From a virus: a DNA stretch of 64,000 nt. Positions 19,837-30,664 of this stretch are shown here, piece by piece (the stretch's first letter is position 1; the number at the start of each line of letters is the position of its first letter). The translations under genes were made by a program, and so were the position numbers. The stretch lies in the IMG/VR virus record IMGVR_UViG_3300008255_000097, positions 123,225 to 187,224 of that record; one strand, written 5' to 3'. Below the pieces are notes generated by a model that saw only the letters and a program-made list of their open reading frames with translations, made no database searches and had not been told where the DNA came from.

Positions 19837-21271
19837 ATTGTTTTAACTCTTCTTCAGTAGCATCAAACTTTTCAGAGTTAATAATCCATTCATGGACATC
19901 TTTCATGATTCGACCAATCAGTGGTTTGTTATCACGTATATTTAAGTCTGGTACCCATTTGAGAAGTTTACTCCCATCAATAAGTTGTTTGAGTCTATTT
20001 TTTAATCCTGCACTTCCCCCACTGACAGACATTTTCTGTAGCACTTCTTCTGCATATTTCATCTTCGCTTCATATCCTTCTGGATCTGCGAGCGGCTCAC
20101 CTCGACTCATTTCATCTGCATAAACAACATCCTTCAACACAGACCAATTAATATCGCTAACAAGATCAACAATCTTCTTCTTAGTTAGTCTACTTCCAAT
20201 ATAATGAGCCTTCATATGACCCGCAGCAGCAAACGAAATCGATTCAACGTCTGCACTGGAGATTTTTAAACGCTCACCAATTTGTTTAATTAATGGAAGC
20301 CCTGCAGTCTCGTGACCGTAATATGTATGCTTACCGTCACGATTTCTGTATGTGATTCCTTTGCCAACATCATGCAATAAAACTGCTATGTTAGTAACTG
20401 GATCGATTGAACGACTAGCATGTACAGCAGCGATGGTATGCTGATAACAATCCCCTTCAGGGTGATGGTGTGGAGCTTGTTTCAATCCTTGCAGAGCTTT
20501 TATCTCCGGAAGAATTTTTTGTAGCAGTCCTACTCTATCGAGATGTTTTATATAGTTTGCAAGAGACTTGCCAGTATGTGAAGCACTGTATAGCTCCTCT
20601 CTTACTCTCTCTTTTGCTAGGCTAACTGTATGACCTTGTTTAATTAATTTTTTTGCTGCTTCATATGTATCATGTTCAATATTGAAGTTGAGCTTCGATG
20701 CAAATCTAAACAGCCTATAAATTCTTAATGCATCCTCTTGGAATCGTTCTTCAGCATTGCCGACTGCACGGAGCATATTGGACATGAGATCCTCGAATCC
20801 TCCATAGTAGTCGTATATATTTGCCGCGGCATCGATCCCGAGGGCGTTAACAGTAAAATCTCTCCGGGCTGCATCGGTTTGAAACGACTCCGCTTTCTCG
20901 ACTTTGTCTGGTCTCCTATTATCTGAGTAACCAACTTCAGTCCTAAATTGAGCAATTTCATAGCTAAATCCTTCCCACTTCACTGTCACTATACCAAAAT
21001 CTTTTGATTTTCCGATATCATGAGTTTGAAACGCTTGTTCGATATCATTGATATCAATATTAGTTGCAATATCAACATCTTTGATTGGTTTATGAAGCAA
21101 CAAATCCCGTACAGTACCACCGACAATCAAACTCTGGGAAGATGGAAAGCGATCATCTAGCTCTCTAAGTAGAGATACGCCGGCGGAGAGCATGGGGTTT
21201 TTTGCGATTTCTTGTTCCCATATTTCGATTATTGGTGTGTTATTTATTTTCATAATGACTCGATAAACCAT
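19802..21271 (-). CDS. cca: tRNA nucleotidyltransferase (CCA-adding enzyme) with HD domain
   Basis: Head-domain motif GGTVRDLLLHKPIKDVDIAT, HD motif LLHDVGK, 489 aa. Confidence 0.8.
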   Translation of the reverse strand: MVYRVIMKINNTPIIEIWEQEIAKNPMLSAGVSLLRELDDRFPSSQSLIVGGTVRDLLLHKPIKDVDIATNIDINDIEQAFQTHDIGKSKDFGIVTVKWEGFSYEIAQFRTEVGYSDNRRPDKVEKAESFQTDAARRDFTVNALGIDAAANIYDYYGGFEDLMSNMLRAVGNAEERFQEDALRIYRLFRFASKLNFNIEHDTYEAAKKLIKQGHTVSLAKERVREELYSASHTGKSLANYIKHLDRVGLLQKILPEIKALQGLKQAPHHHPEGDCYQHTIAAVHASRSIDPVTNIAVLLHDVGKGITYRNRDGKHTYYGHETAGLPLIKQIGERLKISSADVESISFAAAGHMKAHYIGSRLTKKKIVDLVSDINWSVLKDVVYADEMSRGEPLADPEGYEAKMKYAEEVLQKMSVSGGSAGLKNRLKQLIDGSKLLKWVPDLNIRDNKPLIGRIMKDVHEWIINSEKFDATEEELKQFALHRFKIYRR

Positions 21272-21594
21272 AATGTTTTTACATTACCTACTTCTTTAAA
21301 CCGTACAGAATTTTTAACTTTTTTCTTATATGCTCGCAACCGTTCTTTTAGTTCTACATAACGTTTTATTGATGTCTTTGCGTTTTCCACTGTTGTGTAG
21401 GTTACATGAAATTCGTCGTTATGTTTTACATCAATCTCATTTAATTTACGAGCAATTTTATCACCAGAAATATACAGATCACTCCAGATCGGCATAAAAA
21501 TAGATCTAATATAAACTCTAAATTCATCCCGAAACATATTGTTAATTTGTTGAATTTTATACTGCATTTGAACGTTCCATAAGAAGCATTTCAT
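21250..21594 (-). CDS. hypothetical protein
   Basis: 114-aa ORF. Confidence 0.35.
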   Translation of the reverse strand: MKCFLWNVQMQYKIQQINNMFRDEFRVYIRSIFMPIWSDLYISGDKIARKLNEIDVKHNDEFHVTYTTVENAKTSIKRYVELKERLRAYKKKVKNSVRFKEVGNVKTLWFIESL

Positions 21595-22084
21595 ATCGTT
21601 TCTGTATTTCTTCAGTCAATTGCCACCTACCGAGCATTTTCTCGATTACAAATTTTGGAACGTTATGCACTCCATAGTGACACAATTCACTTACACACCT
21701 CTTTAAGTCCCATCCTACAACCTGATCCGGTTTCACATTACGCTGTTGGAGATAATATTCAATATTCCGCCACCAGTCACTAATTGACTCTTGGAATATA
21801 ATTTCATATCCGAGTCGAACTGCAGCTACCGCATACGGGTCGATTTCCTTCCAGGTCGTATTGGTATTATCAACAACGATAGGAGTTATACCTTTCTGCA
21901 TAGCTTCGGCCACTCGTTGCTGATTCCATCGATGTGCTTGACCGATCTTTGCAATATCAAAATCATAATTAGGTCCCCAGTATTCATCTGTTGAGAATAT
22001 GTTTTCCTTACTTGCAAGTGTTTTTGCAGTAAACGACTTACCTGCCCCAGGAATACCACGCATAATATAGCAAATTTTCTTCAT
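21557..22084 (-). CDS. P-loop kinase (polynucleotide kinase-like)
   Basis: Walker A GIPGAGKSFTAKTL; 175 aa; sits in the RNA-repair neighbourhood. Confidence 0.55.
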   Translation of the reverse strand: MKKICYIMRGIPGAGKSFTAKTLASKENIFSTDEYWGPNYDFDIAKIGQAHRWNQQRVAEAMQKGITPIVVDNTNTTWKEIDPYAVAAVRLGYEIIFQESISDWWRNIEYYLQQRNVKPDQVVGWDLKRCVSELCHYGVHNVPKFVIEKMLGRWQLTEEIQKRYEMLLMERSNAV

Positions 22085-22162
22085 GAATCTCCTTTTTATA
22101 ACACATATTATAGCGAATCTAATAGGAGATGCAATAAATAATTAAAATGGAGATACATTTCT

Positions 22163-23254
22163 ATGACATATGAAAAACTAATTCAGCGGCTCCTCGAGCG
22201 TACAGACAATTTTCCTGAGCCAACAGATGAACCTCCACTAGAAGGTAAGCCTAGCGCTTCAGCTATTATTCCAGGTTCAAAAGAAGACTTTTTTAATGAA
22301 TTAGTAAAAAAGGGATACAAGATTGAACAAGCGCCTGTTGATCCAGAGGCTGATGCTATGTGGGATCATGATCCAACTGACCCACAAACTACATGTGAAG
22401 ATGCAAAAGAAAAAATAGACCTAGCAAAATTAAGACTTGAGCGTGGGTTCTTCGCATTAGGTTCATTTTTAAATTATGTGAATATGGTCTGTAATGACCC
22501 ACGAATTGCATCTGCTGCTGTTGACCAGTCTGGTAATTTTTATTACAATAGTGATTTTATTAGTAAATTACCAATTGGTCAAGTTGCTGGACTAATAATG
22601 CATGAAGTCGCTCATATTGGAATGGGAGACCTCTTTAGATCAGAAGGACTCGACGGTAAACGCTGGAACATTGCAGCTGATTATGTTAATAATTGGTATA
22701 TAATGAACGATTTAGTTTCTCTGAATGCAGGACAAGAAGATGATGGTGAAGAAGGACTAAAACCTATACCTAGAGGTGGAGCACAAATTGTTATTAGTCT
22801 TCCAGTCGGAGGTCTTTATCCGGATCCGGATGGAATAATTCGACAAGTTCGTCTAGACAAAGAGAATGTATTAATCTTTCCAGACGCTAAACAAATAGAT
22901 CTTAATATGAGATCAACAGAAGAAGTATATGAAATGTTGAAAGAGCTTGATGATGATGTAATAGAAGCTATGAATGATGATCGATTTGATTCACATGTAT
23001 CGGCTACAAGTATTAATGCGGTTACAATTGAAGAGGTTGTAACAGAAGGTGGCAGCGGCGGTAGCGGGGGTAAAGGGCCAATAATTCCGGCAGACTTAAA
23101 AAATCTCTTAGTTATCGATAAACGTACCGGGCAGTTAGCTATTGTGGTTAATACAAACGACACGAACAAAACTGCAACTATTATTCCATTATCCAATCAG
23201 GAAGTTGAAACTATAAAGAGAGAATTTGATCTTAATGATCTACCAATACAATGA
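22163..23254 (+). CDS. HExxH metallopeptidase-like protein (vWA-partner type)
   Basis: LIMHEVAHIGMGD, C-terminal Gly/Ser-rich linker GGSGGSGGKG, ATGA overlap with the downstream vWA gene. Confidence 0.5.
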   Translation: MTYEKLIQRLLERTDNFPEPTDEPPLEGKPSASAIIPGSKEDFFNELVKKGYKIEQAPVDPEADAMWDHDPTDPQTTCEDAKEKIDLAKLRLERGFFALGSFLNYVNMVCNDPRIASAAVDQSGNFYYNSDFISKLPIGQVAGLIMHEVAHIGMGDLFRSEGLDGKRWNIAADYVNNWYIMNDLVSLNAGQEDDGEEGLKPIPRGGAQIVISLPVGGLYPDPDGIIRQVRLDKENVLIFPDAKQIDLNMRSTEEVYEMLKELDDDVIEAMNDDRFDSHVSATSINAVTIEEVVTEGGSGGSGGKGPIIPADLKNLLVIDKRTGQLAIVVNTNDTNKTATIIPLSNQEVETIKREFDLNDLPIQ

Positions 23255-24798
23255 ATAAATTTATCATATTTTTTGAAGCAAACAGTAAAGTAGATGTCGA
23301 TCAACTCGGAGGTATTCATCTACCTGACACAATTATCAAAGATATAATGTCTCGTAGTAATCCAGTTAATCGTACATTTGAGGAAATTGTTCGTGTTGCA
23401 GAATTAGTTGATCTTGTACCTCCAGAAGGCAGCGGAGGAGGCGGAGGTGGAGGTGGGGCACCTGCCCCGCGAGTTGATCCGCTACTAGATACAATGGCAA
23501 CAAAAGTTAGAAAGCCTAAATCAGACGGAGGGAAACCTGGAGAAGGAGAGCCAGGAGAGCCAAGTAAACCTGGAGAGCCAGGTAAGTCTGGAAGGCCAAA
23601 TACCCCAGGAGAGCCAGGGGAGCCTGGAGAACCTGGGGAGGGTACACCTGGTGAAGATGATAGTACACCAGGAGGACAACCCTCTGCTACCAGTGATGAA
23701 CCTAGTGCTGATGCGGATTACGGTGATACTGTTTCAGTAACACCTAATCCCGACGGTACGTTTACTGATCAGGATGGTAATATCTGGACTGCTGATCAGA
23801 TTCGAGATGCAGTACAGCGCGGCACACAGGTTAAAGGTGTTAGTAAACTATCAAAAGGATCGAGTGATCGTGTGCATGAAGCTGGTACTTTAATTACAAA
23901 AGAGGAACAGCGTAGCAAGCAAGGTATTGAGCAAATAGAAGATGAATATTCAGATGATAAGCCATCACAAAGCAGTGAAAATCAGTCAGTTGATGATATT
24001 AAGCGCGGGCTACGTAATACTAAATTATCCAAACATGATATAGAAGCACTCAAAGCCAAAATGGAAGAGCAAGCGGAGAAAGCGCGCGAGCAGATTGTCG
24101 AAGACCCTGATGCTACCGATGATTTTTGGAAGCAGAGAGCTAGAGAAGGTGCTGATATATCAACATCAAAAGGTTCTGGTGGAGGTGGTTCTAGTAATGA
24201 AAAGCTCACTGATAAAATAGTTAAAAGATTAAAAGCTAATATTAACTGGAAAGATGCACTAAAACGATTATTTACAAAACCAGGTGATAAGTATGAAGAC
24301 TGGAGACATCCATCTCGTCGTACATACGGTACAAGAGCTTATATGCCAATCCAGCGTGAAGATGAAAGTGAAATAGATGACTTTGCTGTAGCTATTGACC
24401 AATCAGGTTCATTGATGAGCAGTGAGGCTTTTTCCAAATTTATGAATGAGGTTATTAACTTGTTTAAGACAATTGATAACGCTCGCGGAGTTGTCTTAGT
24501 TTATGATGATAAAGTAACTGATGCAGTAGAGATTACACCTCAAAACTATAATAAACTATTAAATGTTAGACCTTCAGGTGCTGGTAATGATATGGATGCA
24601 GTACCAGCATATATGGAACGCCATATGAAGAATTTTAGACCGAAGGGTGTTATTTTCTTCACGGATGGATATGAAGAGCGGCCAAACTTACCAAAGAAAA
24701 TTAACGGTCAAATTGTAGATTATATTTTCTTTTTAGTTCCAGGAGGTAAAAGAGAGACCGTTGAGGGATTTGGACCAATTTATCCTATTGTTATGTAA
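23251..24798 (+). CDS. vWA (MIDAS) domain protein with collagen-like Gly-X-Y repeats
   Basis: GEPGEPSKPGEPGKSGRPNTPGEPGEPGEPGEGTPGE repeats and the MIDAS motif AIDQSGSLMS in the C-terminal third. Confidence 0.65.
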   Translation: MNKFIIFFEANSKVDVDQLGGIHLPDTIIKDIMSRSNPVNRTFEEIVRVAELVDLVPPEGSGGGGGGGGAPAPRVDPLLDTMATKVRKPKSDGGKPGEGEPGEPSKPGEPGKSGRPNTPGEPGEPGEPGEGTPGEDDSTPGGQPSATSDEPSADADYGDTVSVTPNPDGTFTDQDGNIWTADQIRDAVQRGTQVKGVSKLSKGSSDRVHEAGTLITKEEQRSKQGIEQIEDEYSDDKPSQSSENQSVDDIKRGLRNTKLSKHDIEALKAKMEEQAEKAREQIVEDPDATDDFWKQRAREGADISTSKGSGGGGSSNEKLTDKIVKRLKANINWKDALKRLFTKPGDKYEDWRHPSRRTYGTRAYMPIQREDESEIDDFAVAIDQSGSLMSSEAFSKFMNEVINLFKTIDNARGVVLVYDDKVTDAVEITPQNYNKLLNVRPSGAGNDMDAVPAYMERHMKNFRPKGVIFFTDGYEERPNLPKKINGQIVDYIFFLVPGGKRETVEGFGPIYPIVM

Positions 24799-24803
24799 GG
24801 AGT

Positions 24804-27746
24804 ATGATGAACATATTTAATGAAGAAATAAGAAAGCTTTATGAAGCAAATGACCTAGAAGGGTTTGATCCAGTCCCAGGTAAGGGCCAGGGAGGTGTAG
24901 GCGGATGGAAAGATGTTGGAATGTATCGCCCACAAGGTATGGGAACAACTGCAACAGATCCAGATGCGCCTGGATTACCAGCAATCAACCATGCAACGTA
25001 TAAATTTTTAGTTGAAGAATCTTATGGTGTTGAAGAAACTGAAGCAGAGCTTGGAACATCAAAAAAGCCTCTTCTTGTATTGGGTCGACCGGGGGTTGGT
25101 AAGTCTTTTGTTGTTAGAGATGTACTCGAAGACATGGCTTCAAAATATCCGAAGGCGGGTAACCCAGAGGAAATGCGCGAACCAGTTGTGTTTAACCAGC
25201 TTGATGTAGATAAGCAGCAAGCAGTTTTAAATACTCCAGGTGACTATTTTATTCTTATTGATGTACGAACATCACAACTAGAGTCAGTTGACTTTATCGG
25301 TATTCCAAAATTCAATACTGAAACTGGTCAAATTGAGGCTAATCAGAGGAAAGATGTAAAATCTCTATACGATCAAGGATTTACTCCAGATGAAATACAA
25401 GCTGTTTTAAGTAAAAACACGCAAGAATATTTACGAACAGCAAAATATAAATGGGCATATTTATCAACTCATCCAGATTCTCGTGGGTATCTATTCTTCG
25501 ATGAAATTAATCAAGGCACGCCTGATGTTATTAATGCTATGTATGCCGTAGTGCTAGATAGGGTTATATTTGATAAAAAAATATCTGATGGTGTTGCAAT
25601 TGTTGCAGCTGGTAATTTACAGGAGCACGATCCTGCGTCGCAAAACCGTCCGATGCCAAAAGCGTTGATACGTCGGTTCCAGCAAGGAGTCGCATCTTTG
25701 GTTATCGATCCAGATGATTGGTTAAGTTGGGCGATTAGTAAGAATATTCATCCAACTATTATTGCATTTGTCTCATCAAATAAAGCGCAAAACTTCTACC
25801 ATCGATTTGATGCAGATAGTCAAAATAATCGATTTGCAGATCCAGACTCAATTACTAATCTTTCAAAATTTTTATACAACGCAGAACGCCGATTCTTTTC
25901 GCAAGATGTTGACGCTCGTAACTATGCTGATCTGGTTCGAGAGTATGATCGTATCGCTAGAGCTATTGTTGGCTCACAGTGGGCAGCTAACTTTGTTAAG
26001 TTTGTTACAGAGCTCAAATCTGATAAATTTATCAGTCCTAGAAAATTAGGTGCTGGACAGCGATGGAAGAATATCAACACTGCACAGACATTAACTATGA
26101 TGCTCGTTACAACTGATCCACAACTAAAAAAACCTCAATCTCAAGCTCTTGCATCTGCTATTCTTAATTGGCGGGATAAGACTGAAGCAGATGATAGACA
26201 GACCGCCAATAATGTTATCGGTGCACATCAAATTGAAGGATTAACAAATGAATTAGTTATTTTTAAAGAGTCTTTAAAAACTTTTAGTAAATCTGACAAA
26301 AGACTATCTGATGAACAAATATCCCAGGCTGTGGAGCAAGCTGTAGGGGGTGAATATCAAAGTGAATTTACCACTTATGCTAACTCTGATGAAACAACTA
26401 ATCTCTTAGCTGTTAACCATGCAAGCTATTTAAAGACATTAGAACACGCTTGGGATACAAAAGAGTCATTACTAGTGTACGGTGACCCTGGTATCGGAAA
26501 GAGCTGGGCTGTTAAGAAGTTCGCACAACAGAAAGCAGAAGAGCTTGATTTACCGTTTGCAGATGTTAGTAGTATGCCAAAAGATGAGCTATCAAAAGTA
26601 GCGAGTAATTCTAACGGGTATTTTCTATTCATGGATGTTCGTGTTGCACAGATGACAACCGCTGACTTTATTGGTATTCCGAATGTATTTGATGCAGAGA
26701 AGGAGTATCTAGAAACTAAACCGTATCTATGGGTATGGCTGGCAACTAGACCAAATGTTGTTGGTATACTATTCTTTGATGAAATGAATCAAGCAAGTAA
26801 ACAAGTATTGAAAGCTATGTACTCAGTTGTTAATGCAGATGATAAATTTATTTTTGACCGTAAGATATCAAAAGATATTCTTGTTATTGGAGCTGGTAAC
26901 TTAAAATCTCAAGAAAACGCAGCCGCTGTCAAAACTCAACTACCTATTGCACTAACTAGACGATTTAAAGCAGGTACTGTTGTACTTGAACTTGATCCAG
27001 AAGAGTGGATAGATTGGGCTCTCAATCAAACAGGAACGCCAAATGAAATTCATCCAATCTTATTATCGTTTATCATGTCTAGACCGCATCCAAAAGCATA
27101 TATCTTTTACAAAGAGGGGGATTACGACTATTCCCAGGATGTAACACCGGATACACTAAGAGCACTGTCTCAGAACATCCGTCAATCTGAACAAAAAATG
27201 AAACAAGCTCTTCAAAGTGGTAGTATAGATGAAAATCAAGCAAAACAAATGTTTACAAAAGATGTACAGACCCATGTCCGTGCTAATACACCACCTAACT
27301 ATGCGAATGAACTTCTTGATTTCTTATATAAGATTGTAAATATTAATTGGGACCAGATTGTAGCAAATAAAGAGATGTTTAGAGATCCGCAGGCACTCCG
27401 TCGACAGGGAGAAGAGGGTAAGAGTATGTTAGCAACTATATTTGCTTGGTTACCTTATAAGATAGAAGTACTAAAAACTATTATTGCAAGAGATCCAGAA
27501 ATGCAGAGCCCTATAACTCGTCAAAGAGTAAAAGAAATTATTGATTTAATGGGAATATACCATAATAACTATCGTAGTGCATTCTTCTCGTTTATGAAAC
27601 GCTTAATTGGTGATACAGCTATTAAGGATTTTATGATCAAATATGTTGCAAACAACCCCCATTTAGATGCAGAAACAAAAAACAAAGCAAAAGAGATTTT
27701 TATTTCTACCGCAACACGTACACAACAAGCACTTGGAGGAAAGTAA
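24804..27746 (+). CDS. tandem AAA+ ATPase (two MoxR/AAA_5-type modules)
   Basis: Two Walker A sites (LGRPGVGKSF and YGDPGIGKSW), two Walker B sites (LFFDEINQ and LFFDEMNQ), two sensor/arginine-finger segments (AAGN...RRF and GAGN...TRRF); 980 aa. Confidence 0.75.
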   Translation: MMNIFNEEIRKLYEANDLEGFDPVPGKGQGGVGGWKDVGMYRPQGMGTTATDPDAPGLPAINHATYKFLVEESYGVEETEAELGTSKKPLLVLGRPGVGKSFVVRDVLEDMASKYPKAGNPEEMREPVVFNQLDVDKQQAVLNTPGDYFILIDVRTSQLESVDFIGIPKFNTETGQIEANQRKDVKSLYDQGFTPDEIQAVLSKNTQEYLRTAKYKWAYLSTHPDSRGYLFFDEINQGTPDVINAMYAVVLDRVIFDKKISDGVAIVAAGNLQEHDPASQNRPMPKALIRRFQQGVASLVIDPDDWLSWAISKNIHPTIIAFVSSNKAQNFYHRFDADSQNNRFADPDSITNLSKFLYNAERRFFSQDVDARNYADLVREYDRIARAIVGSQWAANFVKFVTELKSDKFISPRKLGAGQRWKNINTAQTLTMMLVTTDPQLKKPQSQALASAILNWRDKTEADDRQTANNVIGAHQIEGLTNELVIFKESLKTFSKSDKRLSDEQISQAVEQAVGGEYQSEFTTYANSDETTNLLAVNHASYLKTLEHAWDTKESLLVYGDPGIGKSWAVKKFAQQKAEELDLPFADVSSMPKDELSKVASNSNGYFLFMDVRVAQMTTADFIGIPNVFDAEKEYLETKPYLWVWLATRPNVVGILFFDEMNQASKQVLKAMYSVVNADDKFIFDRKISKDILVIGAGNLKSQENAAAVKTQLPIALTRRFKAGTVVLELDPEEWIDWALNQTGTPNEIHPILLSFIMSRPHPKAYIFYKEGDYDYSQDVTPDTLRALSQNIRQSEQKMKQALQSGSIDENQAKQMFTKDVQTHVRANTPPNYANELLDFLYKIVNINWDQIVANKEMFRDPQALRRQGEEGKSMLATIFAWLPYKIEVLKTIIARDPEMQSPITRQRVKEIIDLMGIYHNNYRSAFFSFMKRLIGDTAIKDFMIKYVANNPHLDAETKNKAKEIFISTATRTQQALGGK

Positions 27747-28048
27747 TGGAAAAAGACAATTTTAGTTTTAATAGAACAGCACAAAGCTTAGTAAAAGATA
27801 CTGATTCTGATGAATTAGTAGAGCCATCTAAATTTTTTACACAAGCTATGAATGAGCTTCAAGAACGATATAACATTCTACAAAGCTCTAAACAATTCAA
27901 CGAAGCAAAGAGTCATTTATTAACTATTGTTAAAACAACCAGTAGATTGACTGAAGATGAACAAGACTATTATGCAAATCGGGTAAATAATCTAAGAGGT
28001 ATAGTACAATTGTTAATGTTTCTACATCAAGAAATAAAAGGATTATAA
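27746..28048 (+). CDS. hypothetical helical protein
   Basis: 100 aa, ATGA-coupled to the ATPase gene. Confidence 0.4.
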   Translation: MEKDNFSFNRTAQSLVKDTDSDELVEPSKFFTQAMNELQERYNILQSSKQFNEAKSHLLTIVKTTSRLTEDEQDYYANRVNNLRGIVQLLMFLHQEIKGL

Positions 28049-29382
28049 TGAGAACACACTCTGAAACGCTATTAGAGCAAATTTACCGTAAGCAAGTTTT
28101 AAAAACAGATGCACCTGTATTAGTGGAAGCATCAGTTTTTGCAAAGTATTTTGAAATGCCCGGAAAGGCAATGGAAACTATTCATGATGAAATAGGTATT
28201 ACAGCAGATGCAGTGCCCGAAAGACCTATTGATGTAAGTAAGAGTGATAGACCGTTTGATCCGACTGGGATGAAACAGCAAAGATGGTCAGGGAGAGGAC
28301 TAGCATCAACACCAGATGCGAGTTTAGGACCAAAGCATAAAGAATTGAGAAAAGTCTTTGAGAGAGGTGATGGACTTTTTGTTGTTAACCCTGAGACAAA
28401 TACAAGAGTTATTATCAAACATAAAACCGAAAATCCATATCAAAGCCCAGCAACACGTGACAGCAGACACGTACCTAAGCAGTCTACATATAATGTATGG
28501 ATATTCGATGAAGCTGGTGATTTGAGAAAGAAGATTAACTGTCCAATGACAGGAAGAACAGAGAGAATTCAATATGTGGATCCTACCGGTAAGATTGCAA
28601 CTGGTGCTCCTATCGTTATGCATAAGATTCCAGAGAAAGGTGTGTACGTTGAAGAGTCGGATCTCTTAGCTTGGAAAGCATATGAAAAGAATAGCTCACT
28701 TTCTCCGCCAGCTACATATACTTCAGAAGAACTTCAAAAGATGCATAATAGCGGTCAAAATATAATCTTTGTTGAGCCTATTCCGAAGGATGCAAGTAGT
28801 AATATGTATGTTCGTTATGTTGATCAAACAGATGCAAAAGCGTTCATAATACCTAATACAGCTTTTCGTGCCACTAAAAAAGATGATCTAGGTTATGTCG
28901 GTGTTAGTTCCTACAGAACCTCTTTGAATAAAGTATCAACTCCTGTAAGACCTACTAGAGAAATTAGCAAATTAATAATCAATAAGTACGGAAAAGCAAT
29001 TAAAGCAAAAATTCAATCAGTTTTAGAACCTCTAAAAAATGGTATTGTTGATGTATTAAGCGATCTTCGTGTTGATACTGAAGTTGTTCAAAAATTGATA
29101 ACAGATTATCGTACCTTTTTAAAGCTACAGAATGATGTATCACAGCTAGATCTTGCAACTGACATTGCGAATTTTCTTGATTTGGACACAGATACTAACG
29201 CAAGAGTAAAAGGAGGTAATATAGGAGATTATGGTATAACGACACGTGATGGTGTTGTTTTCTTCAAAAGTGAAGAATCTTTTAACCAGTTTCTCCGTGA
29301 ATTCACTCTCGCTTATATTAAAACTTTTACTTCAACACAAACTGAGGAAGCTGTAGTTGATTCTATGGTAGATATCTTCTAA
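28048..29382 (+). CDS. hypothetical protein
   Basis: 444 aa, ATGA-coupled; no recognisable motif. Confidence 0.45.
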   Translation: MRTHSETLLEQIYRKQVLKTDAPVLVEASVFAKYFEMPGKAMETIHDEIGITADAVPERPIDVSKSDRPFDPTGMKQQRWSGRGLASTPDASLGPKHKELRKVFERGDGLFVVNPETNTRVIIKHKTENPYQSPATRDSRHVPKQSTYNVWIFDEAGDLRKKINCPMTGRTERIQYVDPTGKIATGAPIVMHKIPEKGVYVEESDLLAWKAYEKNSSLSPPATYTSEELQKMHNSGQNIIFVEPIPKDASSNMYVRYVDQTDAKAFIIPNTAFRATKKDDLGYVGVSSYRTSLNKVSTPVRPTREISKLIINKYGKAIKAKIQSVLEPLKNGIVDVLSDLRVDTEVVQKLITDYRTFLKLQNDVSQLDLATDIANFLDLDTDTNARVKGGNIGDYGITTRDGVVFFKSEESFNQFLREFTLAYIKTFTSTQTEEAVVDSMVDIF

Positions 29383-29390
29383 ATACTAAT

Positions 29391-29879
29391 ATGAAAAGTA
29401 CAACAAAAAAATCATCTAGAACTAAAACTATAAAAAAGAAACTACCTGTGGCAACAGATAAAGACATTAACGCGCTAGCAAGTAGTATTATTGCAGAGAG
29501 AGAAGAAGCGCGAGTTAAAGAAGATATCCAACTCGAGGACCCTGATATTAGTATCGATCTACCTGCTGCTGTACACAGTTTTGAAGAAGAACCTCGTTCT
29601 ATAGAGCAACCTAAACAAGTTACTCGTAAAAATATTACAGAAGGAAAAACACCTTTAACACCTATCATTATAAAGAAGCACGATAGAGAAATATTCAACC
29701 ATCTCTCCGAGCAGTTCGGCGAACAAGATGGTAGCTTCTTTGTTTTGAATGAACTATGTCAATGGCGAACTAGATCAGATGGTAGGAAGAAGATAAAGAC
29801 AGTATTAGTCGAAGATATAAACGGCTATAGATATCAAATATTCTTCGATGTCACAGCAACTAGCTTTCTCCATGGGTAG
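29391..29879 (+). CDS. hypothetical basic protein
   Basis: 162 aa with a Lys-rich N-terminus; last gene of the plus-strand island. Confidence 0.4.
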   Translation: MKSTTKKSSRTKTIKKKLPVATDKDINALASSIIAEREEARVKEDIQLEDPDISIDLPAAVHSFEEEPRSIEQPKQVTRKNITEGKTPLTPIIIKKHDREIFNHLSEQFGEQDGSFFVLNELCQWRTRSDGRKKIKTVLVEDINGYRYQIFFDVTATSFLHG

Positions 29880-30111
29880 AGTCTGCTAATTTTTCAAACA
29901 TCATTCTCGCTCCGAGCGTTGCTGCTTCCATCAACCTATCACCTTGCTCTATCAGCTGTAAATTTGGGTGATGTTTAATTGTATTATTAATTGTATATTG
30001 AATTTGTTCTCTAATTTCCTCAATACAAGCCTCACAAAATACTTTATCATCCGGTAGTAACTCGCTCATTTTATGGCTACTCTCCTCATGAAGTGACCCC
30101 AACTTTTGCAC
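29860..30111 (-). CDS. hypothetical protein
   Basis: 83-aa ORF. Confidence 0.3.
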   Translation of the reverse strand: MQKLGSLHEESSHKMSELLPDDKVFCEACIEEIREQIQYTINNTIKHHPNLQLIEQGDRLMEAATLGARMMFEKLADSTHGES

Positions 30112-30656
30112 ATATGCTTATCTGTGTTGATATTATCCAGTGGGGTTTCCCATGCAGGTTTATGTGGTTTGTGTTTTAGTTTCATTCCAGCCTGTGACGG
30201 TGTACGATCTGCCTTATACTGATTGCATTTAAAACAGGAGGCAATTACATTATCCCATGTTGTTAGCCCGCCTTGTGCTCTAGGTATAATATGATCAACT
30301 GTAAGGTCTTTTAGTTTGAATTGTTTTCCACAATATCCACACTTACACCCATCTCTTGTAAATACATTCTGTCGACTGTATTTTACGCACCGAGTTGGTA
30401 GATGATTGAATGTAACAGATACTATAATTTCTGGAATCGCGATCGTTATTGACGTTCCTTTTACCTTATAATAGTCTTCAGCATTACGCAGAGAAAAGTC
30501 AAGCCAATCAGGGTACCGATAAGCAGTCAGATCGTGGTCGAGTGAGTTTACCTTCTCTTGGTAAATCAAGCTCATAGCTCTCTGCCAATCAATAATATAG
30601 ATTGGTGCCCAGCTCTTATTTAAAACCAATACATCATGCTTTTTCTTTTTTGACAT
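30066..30656 (-). CDS. HNH endonuclease
   Basis: CGYCGKQ...LTVDHIIPRAQGGLTTWDNVIASCFKCNQYK. Confidence 0.7.
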   Translation of the reverse strand: MSKKKKHDVLVLNKSWAPIYIIDWQRAMSLIYQEKVNSLDHDLTAYRYPDWLDFSLRNAEDYYKVKGTSITIAIPEIIVSVTFNHLPTRCVKYSRQNVFTRDGCKCGYCGKQFKLKDLTVDHIIPRAQGGLTTWDNVIASCFKCNQYKADRTPSQAGMKLKHKPHKPAWETPLDNINTDKHMCKSWGHFMRRVAIK

Positions 30657-30664
30657 TTTCTTCC

